Source: Eimeria praecox (lineage: Eukaryota). From it: DNA of 64,000 nucleotides. Numbering within the stretch: the first letter of the stretch is position 1; every line of letters starts with the position of its first letter. The DNA lies in NCBI GenBank assembly GCA_963920595.1, contig OY986948.1:2542001-2606000 (forward strand). The letters are read 5' to 3'. Positions 11,901-24,500 of the stretch are shown in pieces. A program made the translations under genes and the position numbers. Below the pieces are notes generated by a model. It was not told where the DNA came from, did not search any database, and saw nothing but the letters and a program-made list of their open reading frames with translations.

Positions 11901-12502
11901 AAAATTGTGGGCAGCCACGTTGGATGCAGAAATCGTGATGGGCCACTGATCAAAGTGTCGACCAGAAACCTTTTGCAAATAAAAAAGGACCTTGGATCTA
12001 TGCTGCCCAATGCCTGAGATTCTTGCCCCAGTGCTAGAGGCTGCCGCAAAACGAAGCCCACGGGTACATTTCTGGCCGGCGTTCAGTTCGATGCAGCGTA
12101 ATGCTCGCCTATCCCACAAATCGCGCAAATGCCGGAACCTATATACGTTCCATAGAGGCTTAAGAACCGTACCTTCTGGCATTTCAACATGGGCCTCCAG
12201 CATTATAGATATCCACCGTACGGCTCTGCCTCTACAGTAGGAAGCCGGCTACCGCAACTCTTGTGGAGATGCATGCATTTCTGAAGTACCTGAGCCACAT
12301 TTTCTAACCATTTGCAGGTTGTGTCTGCCCCAAACGAACACACGACGCAGTAGAAAGGTTAACCGCTGAGTCTGTTCAAGCGCCCCTACAAATGAATCAG
12401 CACGAGCCCAACGCGTCCACCAAAAGCGCAATCATGCCCTCAGAGGCATTCTAATGCAACTCCTAAGGCTCCGTGAGACGAAAGTGAATTTAGGGAGCTT
12501 GA
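8950..12502 (+). mobile_element. Old diverged copy of the same gag-pol unit (remnant B), in phase with the array
   Basis: Alignable to the array unit at offset ~4215. Protease-like WDLSASSSAFPNYAVQHLDL (9079; cf. LDTGAS...VERL), KLDNG (~9925), LIDTLKRPFPCKW (~10672), RNaseH-like LKTNGSGVAV (10791; cf. LYTDASGYAI), ETKVNLGS (~12475; cf. GDKVWLSS). Confidence 0.7.
11811..11906. other. Two overlapping perfect inverted repeats (33 bp stem + 4 nt loop; 14 bp stem + 4 nt loop)
   Basis: 11811-11843 is the exact reverse complement of 11848-11880 (loop GCAT). AATTTTCGGGTTGC (11875-11888) pairs with GCAACCCGAAAATT (11893-11906; loop CACT). Confidence 0.97.
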
Positions 12503-15500
12503 GTAACGCAAACACCATGTGCCACCTTGTTACCACACAATGCGAGAGCAAACACGAACATTACGCCCATCAAAGTATGCGACACGAGGCGAAGTCCGCA
12601 CCAAAGCCATGGACCTAGCCCTTCTGCTCCCACGACAGATATCAGCGTTGTCCAGAACAGATCAAGCTTCCTTCTTTGCATGACCGTGCACAACTGGGCC
12701 TAATCGGTAATGCGCCAGTCATGATACAGTCTGTGACTGTGACGCACTCGCTGCGCATAGTGCTACTTCGCAATGCACAGGAGTTGACTGAAGCGGTGTC
12801 CAGCTTACGCAGGCAGAAGGCACGGCTGCGCAACTGCTGTTGAAGCGTAGTAGACCAATGTGCAATCAGTCTTGATCATCTGTCAAGTGAAACCCTAGGC
12901 GCGTCGCATCGTAACACCCTCAACAGATCACGAAAAATACGCAAAACTACGTTCCTAGGTGATGCGCCGCATGGTCCCCACACGTGCGGCGTAGGCTCCA
13001 GCGATATGGCACGTAGTAGTGCATAACAACGAAAAGGTGATTATTCACACAACTGCATGTTGTACTAAGACCAACGAAACGAAACGTATCCCAAGGCATT
13101 CTGAAACGCTAAAGTACCGCTTTATTTGCAGTCCCATAGCTAGTGTGCAGTTCTGCAAGCACTGAAAAAGCAGCGCGTGCCTTCATAGTCTCAGGAGCTT
13201 CACGGCAATAACTAATCGCCTACCCAATAAAACAGCCTCACTAACCTTACACCCGCGGTACACAGTATGAGGCATGAGGCAAAAGGTATGAGACACTGCC
13301 TGGGCTTTGCTTGCCTCCCCTTCTACCCTTTCCAATTATGGGGCCCTATATCTAGAGCTAGTGTGCTGATGCGACAAAATTGAAAGGAAAAGCATCTTGG
13401 GCAAGTCCATCGCTGTGCAGTGGCGAAGGCATTGCGCCTAGCAGGCAACCACATATGTGCGTAGCACATGCTCAATGCACCATATCCTCAACTGTCCAGG
13501 GTTGTCGCACTTGCTGGCACAGCGCATCCGCCTTAAAATGGCGAGCCCGTCATCAAAACGTAATATGGCCAAGAGCAGTGCAAATGTGTGCGTCGGCACA
13601 GGCGCACAAGCGTTGAATCCTTGTCGTCACTGTGGGCCAGTGATGCAGAACAGCGCGTATTTTCCTTCGGATCAACAACCGCATCCGTGAGCGCTGGGGC
13701 CAGAAAGGTCTAGTTTGATACGAGGAAACATGGAGCATAGTTCTCGATCTGTCTTCAGAATCTCTTGATAGCCAATGTATTCAAACATTCTGCCCAATAT
13801 TGAGGACCAGCCTAGCAAATTATTACTTCAACAAAACAGTTGCATCGAAGCGTTCAAAAACAAATTACACCAAAGTCCCTCGAAGAGCGACGCGGTGCTG
13901 AAGAAATTTCACATGCCTACACATTGCCTGATGTTAAAAGTGAGAACAACAGTACACCCAGCAATGCTGAATTCCACGGCTTTAGGCATTCCAAACACAG
14001 CAGCAAAGCGCGGCAATCCTACCCTAACTGCATCGAAACGTGCCCCTCACCACGCAGGGTCCGTTGTTTCAAGCACACACTTTCTGCATTCCGATAGATG
14101 CCACAACTAGTGCAACTCAGCATAAACTATCTGCCAGGCTTTCACATATCCTGCAATCTAACAGGATGGCACAGAGCGAGTAGTAGGAGTTGTGCGCTAG
14201 TCACTTATGGCTGCCTTGGCATAGCGAGTACTGTTCTATGCGATGAAAGCAAATTGCATTGGAGTCCCATCCTCCCGCACCCTGGCACCAGTCGACCGCT
14301 CACCCCGTCACACAGCAGGGCACAGCATAACAAAAATGCTCTACCGAATGTGCACAAACAGCGGGCATGCCCAGGATGCTATTGGGCCATAACATGCCAC
14401 CACCGCTCGCTGAACTGGAAGGGAAGCCAAGGACCAAAATATTGGTTAGGCATATTACGCCTTGTGCACGAGAATGGAGAGATGCCGCAGGCACTGAACA
14501 TGCGCATGACCATGCTCATTACTCGTGCATGAGGGATGCGAGGGTGAGCATGATTGCTTGTAGGTGGTCATGCTATGCTTTAAGGCGTTTTCGTTCTGTT
14601 GGCTAGACTTCAAATGCCGTGCTCGCAGAACGCCAACCACACACACCTTCCGATATTCCACCCAACAAGTACTCACTTGCTGAACCAGAGCAGGAAGGGT
14701 CGGCATTCCAAGCATTTTCTCTGGCGGTCCATCCAGAAGACCAACATGTCAAGCCTTCCGCCAAAGCACCGCACGCAGTGCATCCCTCTCACCAACCGCG
14801 TGCCGCAGAAACTATTTACAACAGCTTGCAACAATTTGGAGCACTTGCCGCAACTGGCATGCTTGGCCCCACAAACTGCCAGGGCCTTCACGTGAAGTAT
14901 TTACCCGCCGTGACACGCATAACGTATGGAGTGCTTTAGCCGCTTTGAGGCCCACGCACTGCGGAGATCTTCATAAACAAAGTCATCATGACGAGCAGCG
15001 AGTACATTCCGCTTGTGACGAGCGTCTGAGAACTACTCCAGGCCTCCCTAACTGTTTTGTCCTTTTATCAAAAGCAGCGCACAAGCTGAGCCAAACACCA
15101 ACCGGTTAAATGCCTAGAGATATCCAACGGGCGTGACGCCCATTGGCGGCGAGCCAAAGTGGACGGTGGACGGCTGCGCTGCGAAGAAGCTCGAACAATA
15201 GCTAGTGCACTACGCATCTGCAAACAGCAGAAGAAAGCAAAGCACACTCTGCCGCGCACCCAAACTGTATGAAGCGGGTACCAAACGCATCACAGGCTTT
15301 CAGGGCAGCCGAATGCCCCAGCCGCCACAAACAACCGGCACTCACCAAAGCACTCCATGCATACGTTAGGTCCCTTTGGCCACTTTCCAAAGCTTCTGCA
15401 GCGTGTGCCCAAGGTTCACTGAAGCCACTGCACTCAGTAGCAACAATGCCCTGCAATCACGTGCAAACATGGGAGGAGTCGGCTTACGCCAGGAGGGTTG

Positions 15501-18500
15501 CTAACTAAGCCGCGCGCAAATGAAAATGCCAACCAACTACATAATGCGCAGCAGCTGTCTCACCTGGATACCCGCTCTGTTACAAGCATGCAAAAGGTGA
15601 TGAAGGATCGCGGAGAAATCAAAATGCCGGCAGCCCCGGTGTTCTATAGTGCAGGCCTCCTGCTGTCCACAATCCACCCTGCTGACCTAAACAGTGGCCT
15701 ATGATTTTGAGAGCGTGAAGACACAACTTACAATCGAAAACAGCATGGCGACGCTAGCTCACCGAAGTTGTAGAGGACAGGACACGTGGGCATGATACAG
15801 CACCACATGCAAAGATACGACACCCCGCATCATGCCAACGTGCTGCACCAACCACCTCGTATAGGCGCTCTACAGCCATTCGCTTACTTCCTGGAGTATC
15901 ACCAAGTAACACTGCCAACGGGCGCTGCAGAGACGTGCACTAAATTGGCAACCTGCCTTGCTGGAGCGGTCCATCCACTGAAAGCTCAGAGAAACGCTTC
16001 CTATGCGAACTCGAGGCCTTAGATGCAGGTGGCTCACTGTTCTGCCAACACTGAACGGACGCAGGCGTCCCTGGCCTTCTACCTATACCCTGCAGGAAAG
16101 CAAGGACACTGATAAGCTACTTTAGTCCACCGGCCTTCAGTACCTATGTTGGAGTCAGGAACGGTGAAAGGGCACTCGCACAATGTCAATGTAGAATATT
16201 GCGCAGGGCGAAAGAGCATAAGCTCGTGCTTACGCAGTAATTACGACACTTGTTTTATTGCTAAAGGCTGCACCGACGCAAAGCGAACGCCACGACTACT
16301 CTGCTGGTCGGCGCTCAATTGCATGCAATTTGATATTCGCCTACCTCCTGAATTCCGCAAAAGCAGGGATAACACGCACGAGTCAGACAGCTTAACCAGG
16401 GTGCCATTTTGCGTTTCCGCATATCTCTGGAGCAGTATGCTTATGGCCTGGACGTAGCGCCGCCCTCCTCTGTGTCTGTTGGAGCAGATACAGGCTAATG
16501 CAACTTTTCTGGAGGTGCATGCTTGGCTAAGCGCTTGGGTCCATATTCTTCAGTCAGCTGTAGAGCATTTAGGCCTAGGCAAGAAGAAGACAGAGAAAGA
16601 TGCACAGCTGTTGAATGCTCTAAGAGGCTCTGCAAACAGTCAAGCAGCGTGTCTTGCAAAAGCACTATCGTGCTTTCATAGGCCACGGCGATATTAATCC
16701 CAAAACGCAGAGGAACTCAGGTGAATCTGGAAAGCATGCGTACCGCAAACACCATGTGCCACCTTGTTACCACACAACACAAGAGCAAACACGAACTTTA
16801 CGCCCATCAAAGTATGCGACACGAGGCGAAGTCCGCACCAAAGCCATGGACCTAGCCCTTCTGCTCCCACGACAGATATCAGCGTTGTCCAGAACAGATC
16901 AAGCTTCCTTCTTTGCATGACCGTGCACAACTGGGCCTAATCGGCAATGCTCCCGTCATGATACAGTCTGTGACTGTGACGCACTCGCTGCGCATAGTGC
17001 TACTTCGCAATGCACAGGAGTTGACTGAAGCGGTGTCCAGCTTACGCAGGCAGAAGGCACGGCTGCGCAACTGCTGTTGAAGCGTAGTAGACCAATGTGC
17101 AGTCAGTCTTGATCATCTGTCAAGTGAAACCCTAGGCGCGTCGCATCGTAACACCCTCAACAGATCACGAAAAATACGCAAAACTACGTTCCTAGGTGAT
17201 GCGCCGCATGGTCCCCACACGTGCGGCGTAGGCTCCAGCGATATGGCACGTAGTAGTGCATAACAACGAAAAGGTGATTATGCAGACAACTACATGTTGT
17301 ACTAAGACCAACGAAGCGAAACGTATCCCAAGGCACTCTGAAACGCTAAAGTACCGCTTTATTTGCAGTCCCATAGCTAGTGTGCAGTTCTGCAAGCACT
17401 GAAAAAGCAGCGCGTGCCTTCATAGTCTCAGGAGCTTCACGGCAATAACTAATCGCCTACCCAATAAAACAGCCTCACTAACCTTACACCCGCGGTACAC
17501 AGTATGAGGCATGAGGCAAAAGGTATGAGACACTGCCTGGGCTTTGCTTGCCTCCCCTTCTACCCTTTCCAATTATGAGGCCCTATATCTAGAGCTAGTG
17601 TGCTGATGCGACAAAATTGAAAGGAAAAGCATCTTGGGAAAGCCCATCGCTGTGCAGTGGCGAAGGCATTGCGCCTAGCAGGCAACCACATATGTGCGTA
17701 GCACATGCTCAATGCATCATATCCTCAACTGTCCAGGGTTGTCGCACTTGCTGGCACAGCGCATCCGCCTTAAAATGGCGAGCCCGTCATCAAAACGTAA
17801 TACGGCCAAGAGCAGTGCAAATGTGTGCGTCGGCACAGGCGCACAAGCGTTGAATCCTTGTCGTCACTGTGGGCCAGTGATGCAGAACAGCGCGTATTTT
17901 CCTTCGGATCAACAACCGCATCCGTGAGCGCTGGGGCCAGAAAGGTCTAGTTTGATACGAGGAAACATGGAGCATAGTTCTCGATCTGTCTTCAGAATCT
18001 CTTGATAGCCAATGTATTCAAACATTCTGCCCAATATTGAGGACCAGCCTAGCAAATTATTACTTCAACAAAACAGTTGCATCGAAGCGTTCAAAAACAA
18101 ATTACACCAAAGTCCCTCGAAGAGCGACGCGGTGCTGAAGAAATTTCACATGCCTACACATTGCCTGATGTTAAAAGTGAGAACAACAGTACACCCAGCA
18201 ATGCTGAATTCCACGGCTTTAGGCATTCCAAACACAGCAACAAAGCGCGGCAATCCTACCCTAACTGCGTCGAAACGTGCTCCGCACTACGCAGGGTCCG
18301 TTGTTTCAAGCACTCACTTTCTGCATTCCGATAGATGCCACAACTAGTGCAACTCAGCATAAACTATCTGCCAGGCTTTCACATATCCTGCAATCTAACA
18401 GGATGGCACAGAGCGAGTAGTAGGAATTGTGCGCTAGTCATTTATGGCTGCCTTGGCATAGCGAGTACTGTTCTATGCGATGAAAGCAAATTGCATTGGA

Positions 18501-21500
18501 GTCCCATCCTCCCGCACCCTGGCACCAGATGACCGCTCACCCTGCCACACAGCAGGGCACAGCATAACAAAAATGCTCTACCGAATGTGCACAAACAGCG
18601 GGCATGCCCAGGATGCTATTGGGCCATAACATGCCACCACCGCTCGCTGAACTGGAAGGGAAGCCAAGGACCAAAATATTGGTTAGGCATATTACGCCTT
18701 GTGCACGAGAATGGAGAGATGCCGCAGGCACTGAACATGCGCATGACCATGCTCATTACTCGTGCATGAGGGATGCGAGGGTGAGCATGATTGCTTGTAG
18801 GTGGTCATGCTATGCTTTAAGGCGTTTTCGTTCTGTTGGCTAGACTTCAAATGCCGTGCTCGCAGAACGCCAACCACACACACCTTCCGATATTCCACCC
18901 AACAAGTACTCACTTGCTGAACCAGAGCAGGAAGGGTCGGTATTCCAAGCATTTTCTCTGGCGGTCCATCCAGAAGACCAACATGTCAAGCCTTCCGCCA
19001 AAGCACCGCACGCAGTGCATCCCTCACACCAACCGCGTGCCGCAGAAACTATTTACAACAGCTTGCAACAATTTGGAACACTTGCCGCAACTGGCATGCT
19101 TGGCCCCACAAACTGCCAAGGCCTTCACGTGAAGTATTTACCCGCCGTGACACGCATAACGTATGGAGTGCTTTAGCCGCTTTGAGGCCCACGCACTGCG
19201 GAGATCTTCATAAACAAAGTCATCATGACGAGCAGCGAGTACATTCCGCCTGTGATGAGCGTCTGAGAACTACTCCAGGCCTCCCTACCTGTTTTGTCCT
19301 TTTATCAAAAGCAGCGCACAAGCTGATCCAAACACCAACCGGTTAAATGCCTAGAGATATCCAACGGGCTTGACGCCCATTGGCGGCGAGCCAAAGTGGA
19401 CGGTGGACGGCGGCGCTGCGAAGAAGCTCGAACAATAGCTAGTGCACTACGCATCTGCAAACAGCAGAAGAAAGCAAAGCACACTCTGCCGCGCACCCAA
19501 ACTGTATGAAGCGGGTACCAAACGCATCACAGGCTTTCAGGGCAGCCGAATGCCCCAGCCGCCACAAACAACCGGCACTCACCAAAGCACTCCATGCATA
19601 CGTTAGGTCCCTTTGGCCACTTTCCAAAGCTTCTGCAGGCGTGTGCCCAAGGTTCACTGAAGCCACTGCACTCAGTAATAACAGTGCCCTGCAATCACGT
19701 GCAAACATGGGAGGAGTCGGCTTACGCCAGGAGGGTTGCTAACTAAGCCGCGCGCAAATGAAAATGCCAACCAACTACATAATGCGCAGCAGCTGTCTCA
19801 CCTGGATACCCGCTCTGTTACAAGCATGCAAAAGGTGATGAAGGATCGCGGAGAAATCAAAATGCCGGCAGCCCCGGTGTTCTATAGTGCAGGCCTCCTG
19901 CTGTCCACAATCCACCCTGCTGACCTAAACAGTGGCCTATGATTTTGAGAGCGTGAAGACACAACTTACAATCGAAAACAGCATGGCGACGCTAGCTCAC
20001 CGAAGTTGCAGAGGACAGGACACGTGGGCATGATACAGCACCACATGCAAAGATACGACACCCCGCATCATGCCAACGTGCTGCACCAACCACCTCGTAT
20101 AGGCGCTCGAGAGCCATTCGCTTACTTCCTGGAGTATCACCAAGTAACACTGCCAACGGGCGCTGCAGAGACATGCACTAAATTGGCAACCTGCCTTGCT
20201 GGAGCGGTCCATCCACTGAAAGCTCAGAGAAACGCTTCCTATGCGAACTCGAGGCCTTAGATGCAGGTGGCTCACTGTTCTGCCAACACTGAACGGACGC
20301 AGGCGTCCCTGGCCTTCTACCTATACCCTGCAGGAAAGCAAGGACACTGATAAGCTACTTTAGTCCACCGGCCTTCAGTACCTATGTTGGAGTCAGGAAC
20401 GGTGAAAGGGCACTCGCACAATGTCAATGTAGAATATTGCGCAGGGCGAAAGAGCATAAGCTCGTGCTTACGCAGTAATTACGACACTTGTTTTATTGCT
20501 AAAGGCTGCACCGACGCAAAGCGAACGCCACGACTACTCTGCTGGTCGGCGCTCAATTGCATGCAATTTGATATTCGCCTACCTCCTGAATTCCGCAAAA
20601 GCAGGGATAACACGCACGAGCCAGACAGCTTAACCAGGGTGCCATTTTGCGTTTCCGCATATCTCTGGAGCAGTATGCTTATGGCCTGGACGTAGCGCCG
20701 CCCTCCTCTGTGTCTGTTGGAGCAGATGCAGGCTAATGCAACTTTTCTGGAGGTGCATGCTTGGCTAAGCGCTTGGGTCCATATTCTTCAGTCAGCTGTA
20801 GAGCATTTAGGCCTAGGCAAGAAGAAGATAGAGAAAGATGCATAGCTGTTGAATGCTCTAAGAGGCTCTGCAAACAGCCATGCAGCGTGTCTTGCAAAAG
20901 CACTATAGTGCTTTCATAGGCCACGGCGATATTAATCCCAAAACGCAGAGGAACTCAGGTGAATCTGGAAAGCATGCGTACCGCAAACACCATGTGCCAC
21001 CTTGTTACCACACAACACAAGAGCAAACACGAACTTTACGCCCATCAAAGTATGCGACACGAGGCGAAGTCCGCACCAAAGCCATGGACCTAGCCCTTCT
21101 GCTCCCACGACAGATATCAGCGTTGTCCAGAACAGATCAAGCTTCCTTCTTTGCATGACCGTGCACAACTGGGCCTAATCGGCAATGCTCCCGTCATGAT
21201 ACAGTCTGTGACTGTGACGCACTCGCTGCGCATAGTGCTACTTCGCAATGCACAGGAGTTGACTGAAGCGGTGTCCAGCTTACGCAGGCAGAAGGCACGG
21301 CTGCGCAACTGCTGTTGAAGCGTAGTAGACCAATGTGCAGTCAGTCTTGATCATCTGTCAAGTGAAACCCTAGGCGCGTCGCATCGTAACACCCTCAACA
21401 GATCACGAAAAATACGCAAAACTACGTTCCTAGGTGATGTGCCGCATGGTCCCCACACGTGCGGCGTAGGCTCCAGCGATATGGCACGTAGTAGTGCATA

Positions 21501-24500
21501 ACAACGAAAAGGTGATTATGCACACAACTACATGTTGTACTAAGACCAACGAAACGAAACGTATCCCAAGGCATTCTGAAACGCTAAAGTACCGCTTTAT
21601 TTGCAGTCCCATAGCTAGTGTGCAGTTCTGCAAGCACTGAAAAAGCAGCGCGTGCCTTCATAGTCTCAGGAGCTTCACGGCAATAACTAATCGCCTACCC
21701 AATAAAACAGCCTCACTAACCTTACACCCGCGGTACACAGTATGAGGCATGAGGCAAAAGGTATGAGACACTGCCTGGGCTTTGCTTGCCTCCCCTTCTA
21801 CCCTTTCCAATTATGGGGCCCTATATCTAGAGCTAGTGTGCTGATGCGACAAAATTGAAAGGAAAAGCATCTTGGGCAAGCCCATCGCTGTGCTGTGGCG
21901 AAGGCATTGCGCCTAGCAGGCAACCACATATGTGCGTAGCACATGCTCAATGTACCATATCCTCAACTGTCCAGGGTTGTCGCACTCGCTGGCACAGCGC
22001 ATCCGCCTTAAAATGGCGAGCCCGTCATCACAACGTAATATGGCCAAGAGCAGTGCAAATGTGTGCGTCGGCACAGGCGCACAAGCGTTGAATCCTTGTC
22101 GTCACTGTGGGCCAGTGATGCAGAACAGCGCGTATTTTCCTTCGGATCAACAACCGCATCCGTGAGCGCTGGGGCCAGAAAGGTCTAGTTTGATACGAGG
22201 AAACATGGAGCATAGTTCTCGATCTGTCTTCAGAATCTCTTGATAGCCAATGTATTCCAACATTCTGCCCAATATTGAGGACCAGCCTAGCAAATTATTA
22301 CTTCAACAAAACAGTTGCATCGAAGCGTTCAAAAACAAATTACACCAAAGTCCCTCGAAGAGCGACGCGGTGCTGAAGAAATTTCACATGCCTACACATT
22401 GCCTGATGTTAAAAGTGAGAACAACAGTACACCCAGCAATGCTGAATTCCACGGCTTTAGGCATTCCAAACACAGCAACAAAGCGCGGCAATCCTACCCT
22501 AACTGCGTCGAAACGTGCCCCTCACCACGCAGGGTCCGTTGTTTCAAGCACTCACTTTCTGCATTCCGATAGATGCCACAACTAGTGCAACTCAGCATAA
22601 ACTATCTGCGAGGCTCGCATGTATCCTGCAATCTAACAGGATGGCACAGAGCGAGTAGTAGGAGTTGTGCGCTAGTCACTTATGGCTGCCTTAGCATAGC
22701 GAGTACTGTTCTATGCGATGAAAGCAAATTGCATTGGAGTCCCATTCTCCCGCACCCTGGCACCAGTCGACCGCTCACCCCGTCACACAGCAGGGCACAG
22801 CATAACAAAAATGCTCTACCGAATGTGCACAAACAGCGGGCATGCCCAGGATGCTATTGGGCCATAACATGCCACCACCGCTCGCTGAACTGGAAGGGAA
22901 GCCAAGGACCAAAATATTGGTTAGGCATATTACGCCTTGTGCACGAGAATGGAGAGATGCCGCAGGCACTGAACATGCGCATGACCATGCTCATTACTCG
23001 TGCATGAGGGATGCGAGGGTGAGCATGATTGCTTGTAGGTGGTCATGCTATGCTTTAAGGCGTTTTCGTTCTGTTGGCTAGACTTCAAATGCCGTGCTCG
23101 CAGAACGCCAACCACACACACCTTCCGATATTCCACCCAACAAGTACTCACTTGCTGAACCAGAGCAGGAAGGGTCGGCATTCCAAGCATTTTCTCTGGC
23201 GGTCCATCCAGAAGACCAACATGTCAAGCCTTCCGCCAAAGCACCGCACGCAGTGCATCCCTCTCACCAACCGCGTGCCGCAGAAACTATTTACAACAGC
23301 TTGCAACAATTTGGAACACTTGCCGCAACTGGCATGCTTGGCCCCACAAACTGCCAGGGCCTTCACGTGAAGTATTTACCCGCCGTGACACGCATAACGT
23401 ATGGAGTGCTTTAGCCGCTTTGAGGCCCACGCACTGCGGAGATCTTCATAAACAAAGTCATCATGACGAACAGCGAGTGCATTCCGCTTGTGATGAGCGT
23501 CTGAGAACTACTCCAGGCCTCCCTAACTGTTTTGTCCTTTTATCAAAAGCAGCGCACAAGCTGATCCAAACACCAACCGGTTAAATGCCTAGAGATATCC
23601 AACGGGCTTGACGCCCATTGGCGGCGAGCCAAAGTGGACGGTGGACGGCGGCGCTGCGAAGAAGCTCGAACAATAGCTAGTGCACTACGCATCTGCAAAC
23701 AGCAGAAGCAAGCAAAGCACACTCTGCCGCGCACCCAAACTGTATGAAGCGGGTACCAAACGCATCACAGGCTTTCAGGGCAGCCGAATGCCCCAGCCGC
23801 CACAAACAACCGGCACTCACCAAAGCACTCCATGCATACGTTAGGTCACTTTGGCCACTTTCCAAAGCTTCTGCAGCGTGTGCCCAAGGTTCACTGAAGC
23901 CACTGCACTCAGTAGCAACAATGCCCTGCAATCACGTGCAAACATGGGAGGAGTCGGCTTACGCCAGGAGGGTTGCGAACTAAGCCGCGCGCAAATGAAA
24001 ATGCCAACCAACTACATAATGCGCAGCAGCTGTCTCACCTGGATACCCGCTCTGTTACAAGCATGCAAAAGGTGATGAAGGATCGCGGAGAAATCAAAAT
24101 GCCGGCAGCCCCGGTGTTCTATAGTGCAGGCCTCCTGCTGTCCACAATCCACCCTGCTGACCTAAACAGTGGCATATGATTTTGAGAGCGTGAAGACACA
24201 ACTTACAATCGAAAACAGCATGGCGACGCTAGCTCACCGAAGTTGCAGAGGACAGGACACGTGGGCATGATACAGCACCACATGCAAAGATACGACACCC
24301 CGCATCATGCCAACGTGCTGCACCAACCACCTCGTACAAGCGCTCTACAGCCATTCGCTCACATCCTGGAGTACCACCAAGTAACACTGCCAACGGGGGC
24401 TGCAGAGACATGCGCTAAGTTGGCCACCTGCCTTGCTGGAGCGACCCATCCACTGAAAGCTCAGAGAAACGCTTCCTATGCGAACTCGAGGCCTTAGATG

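Noticed and set aside
12889..12898. AAACCCTA telomere-like heptamer in the macrosatellite units
   Set aside because: One isolated copy per unit is expected by chance; no tandem telomeric tract.
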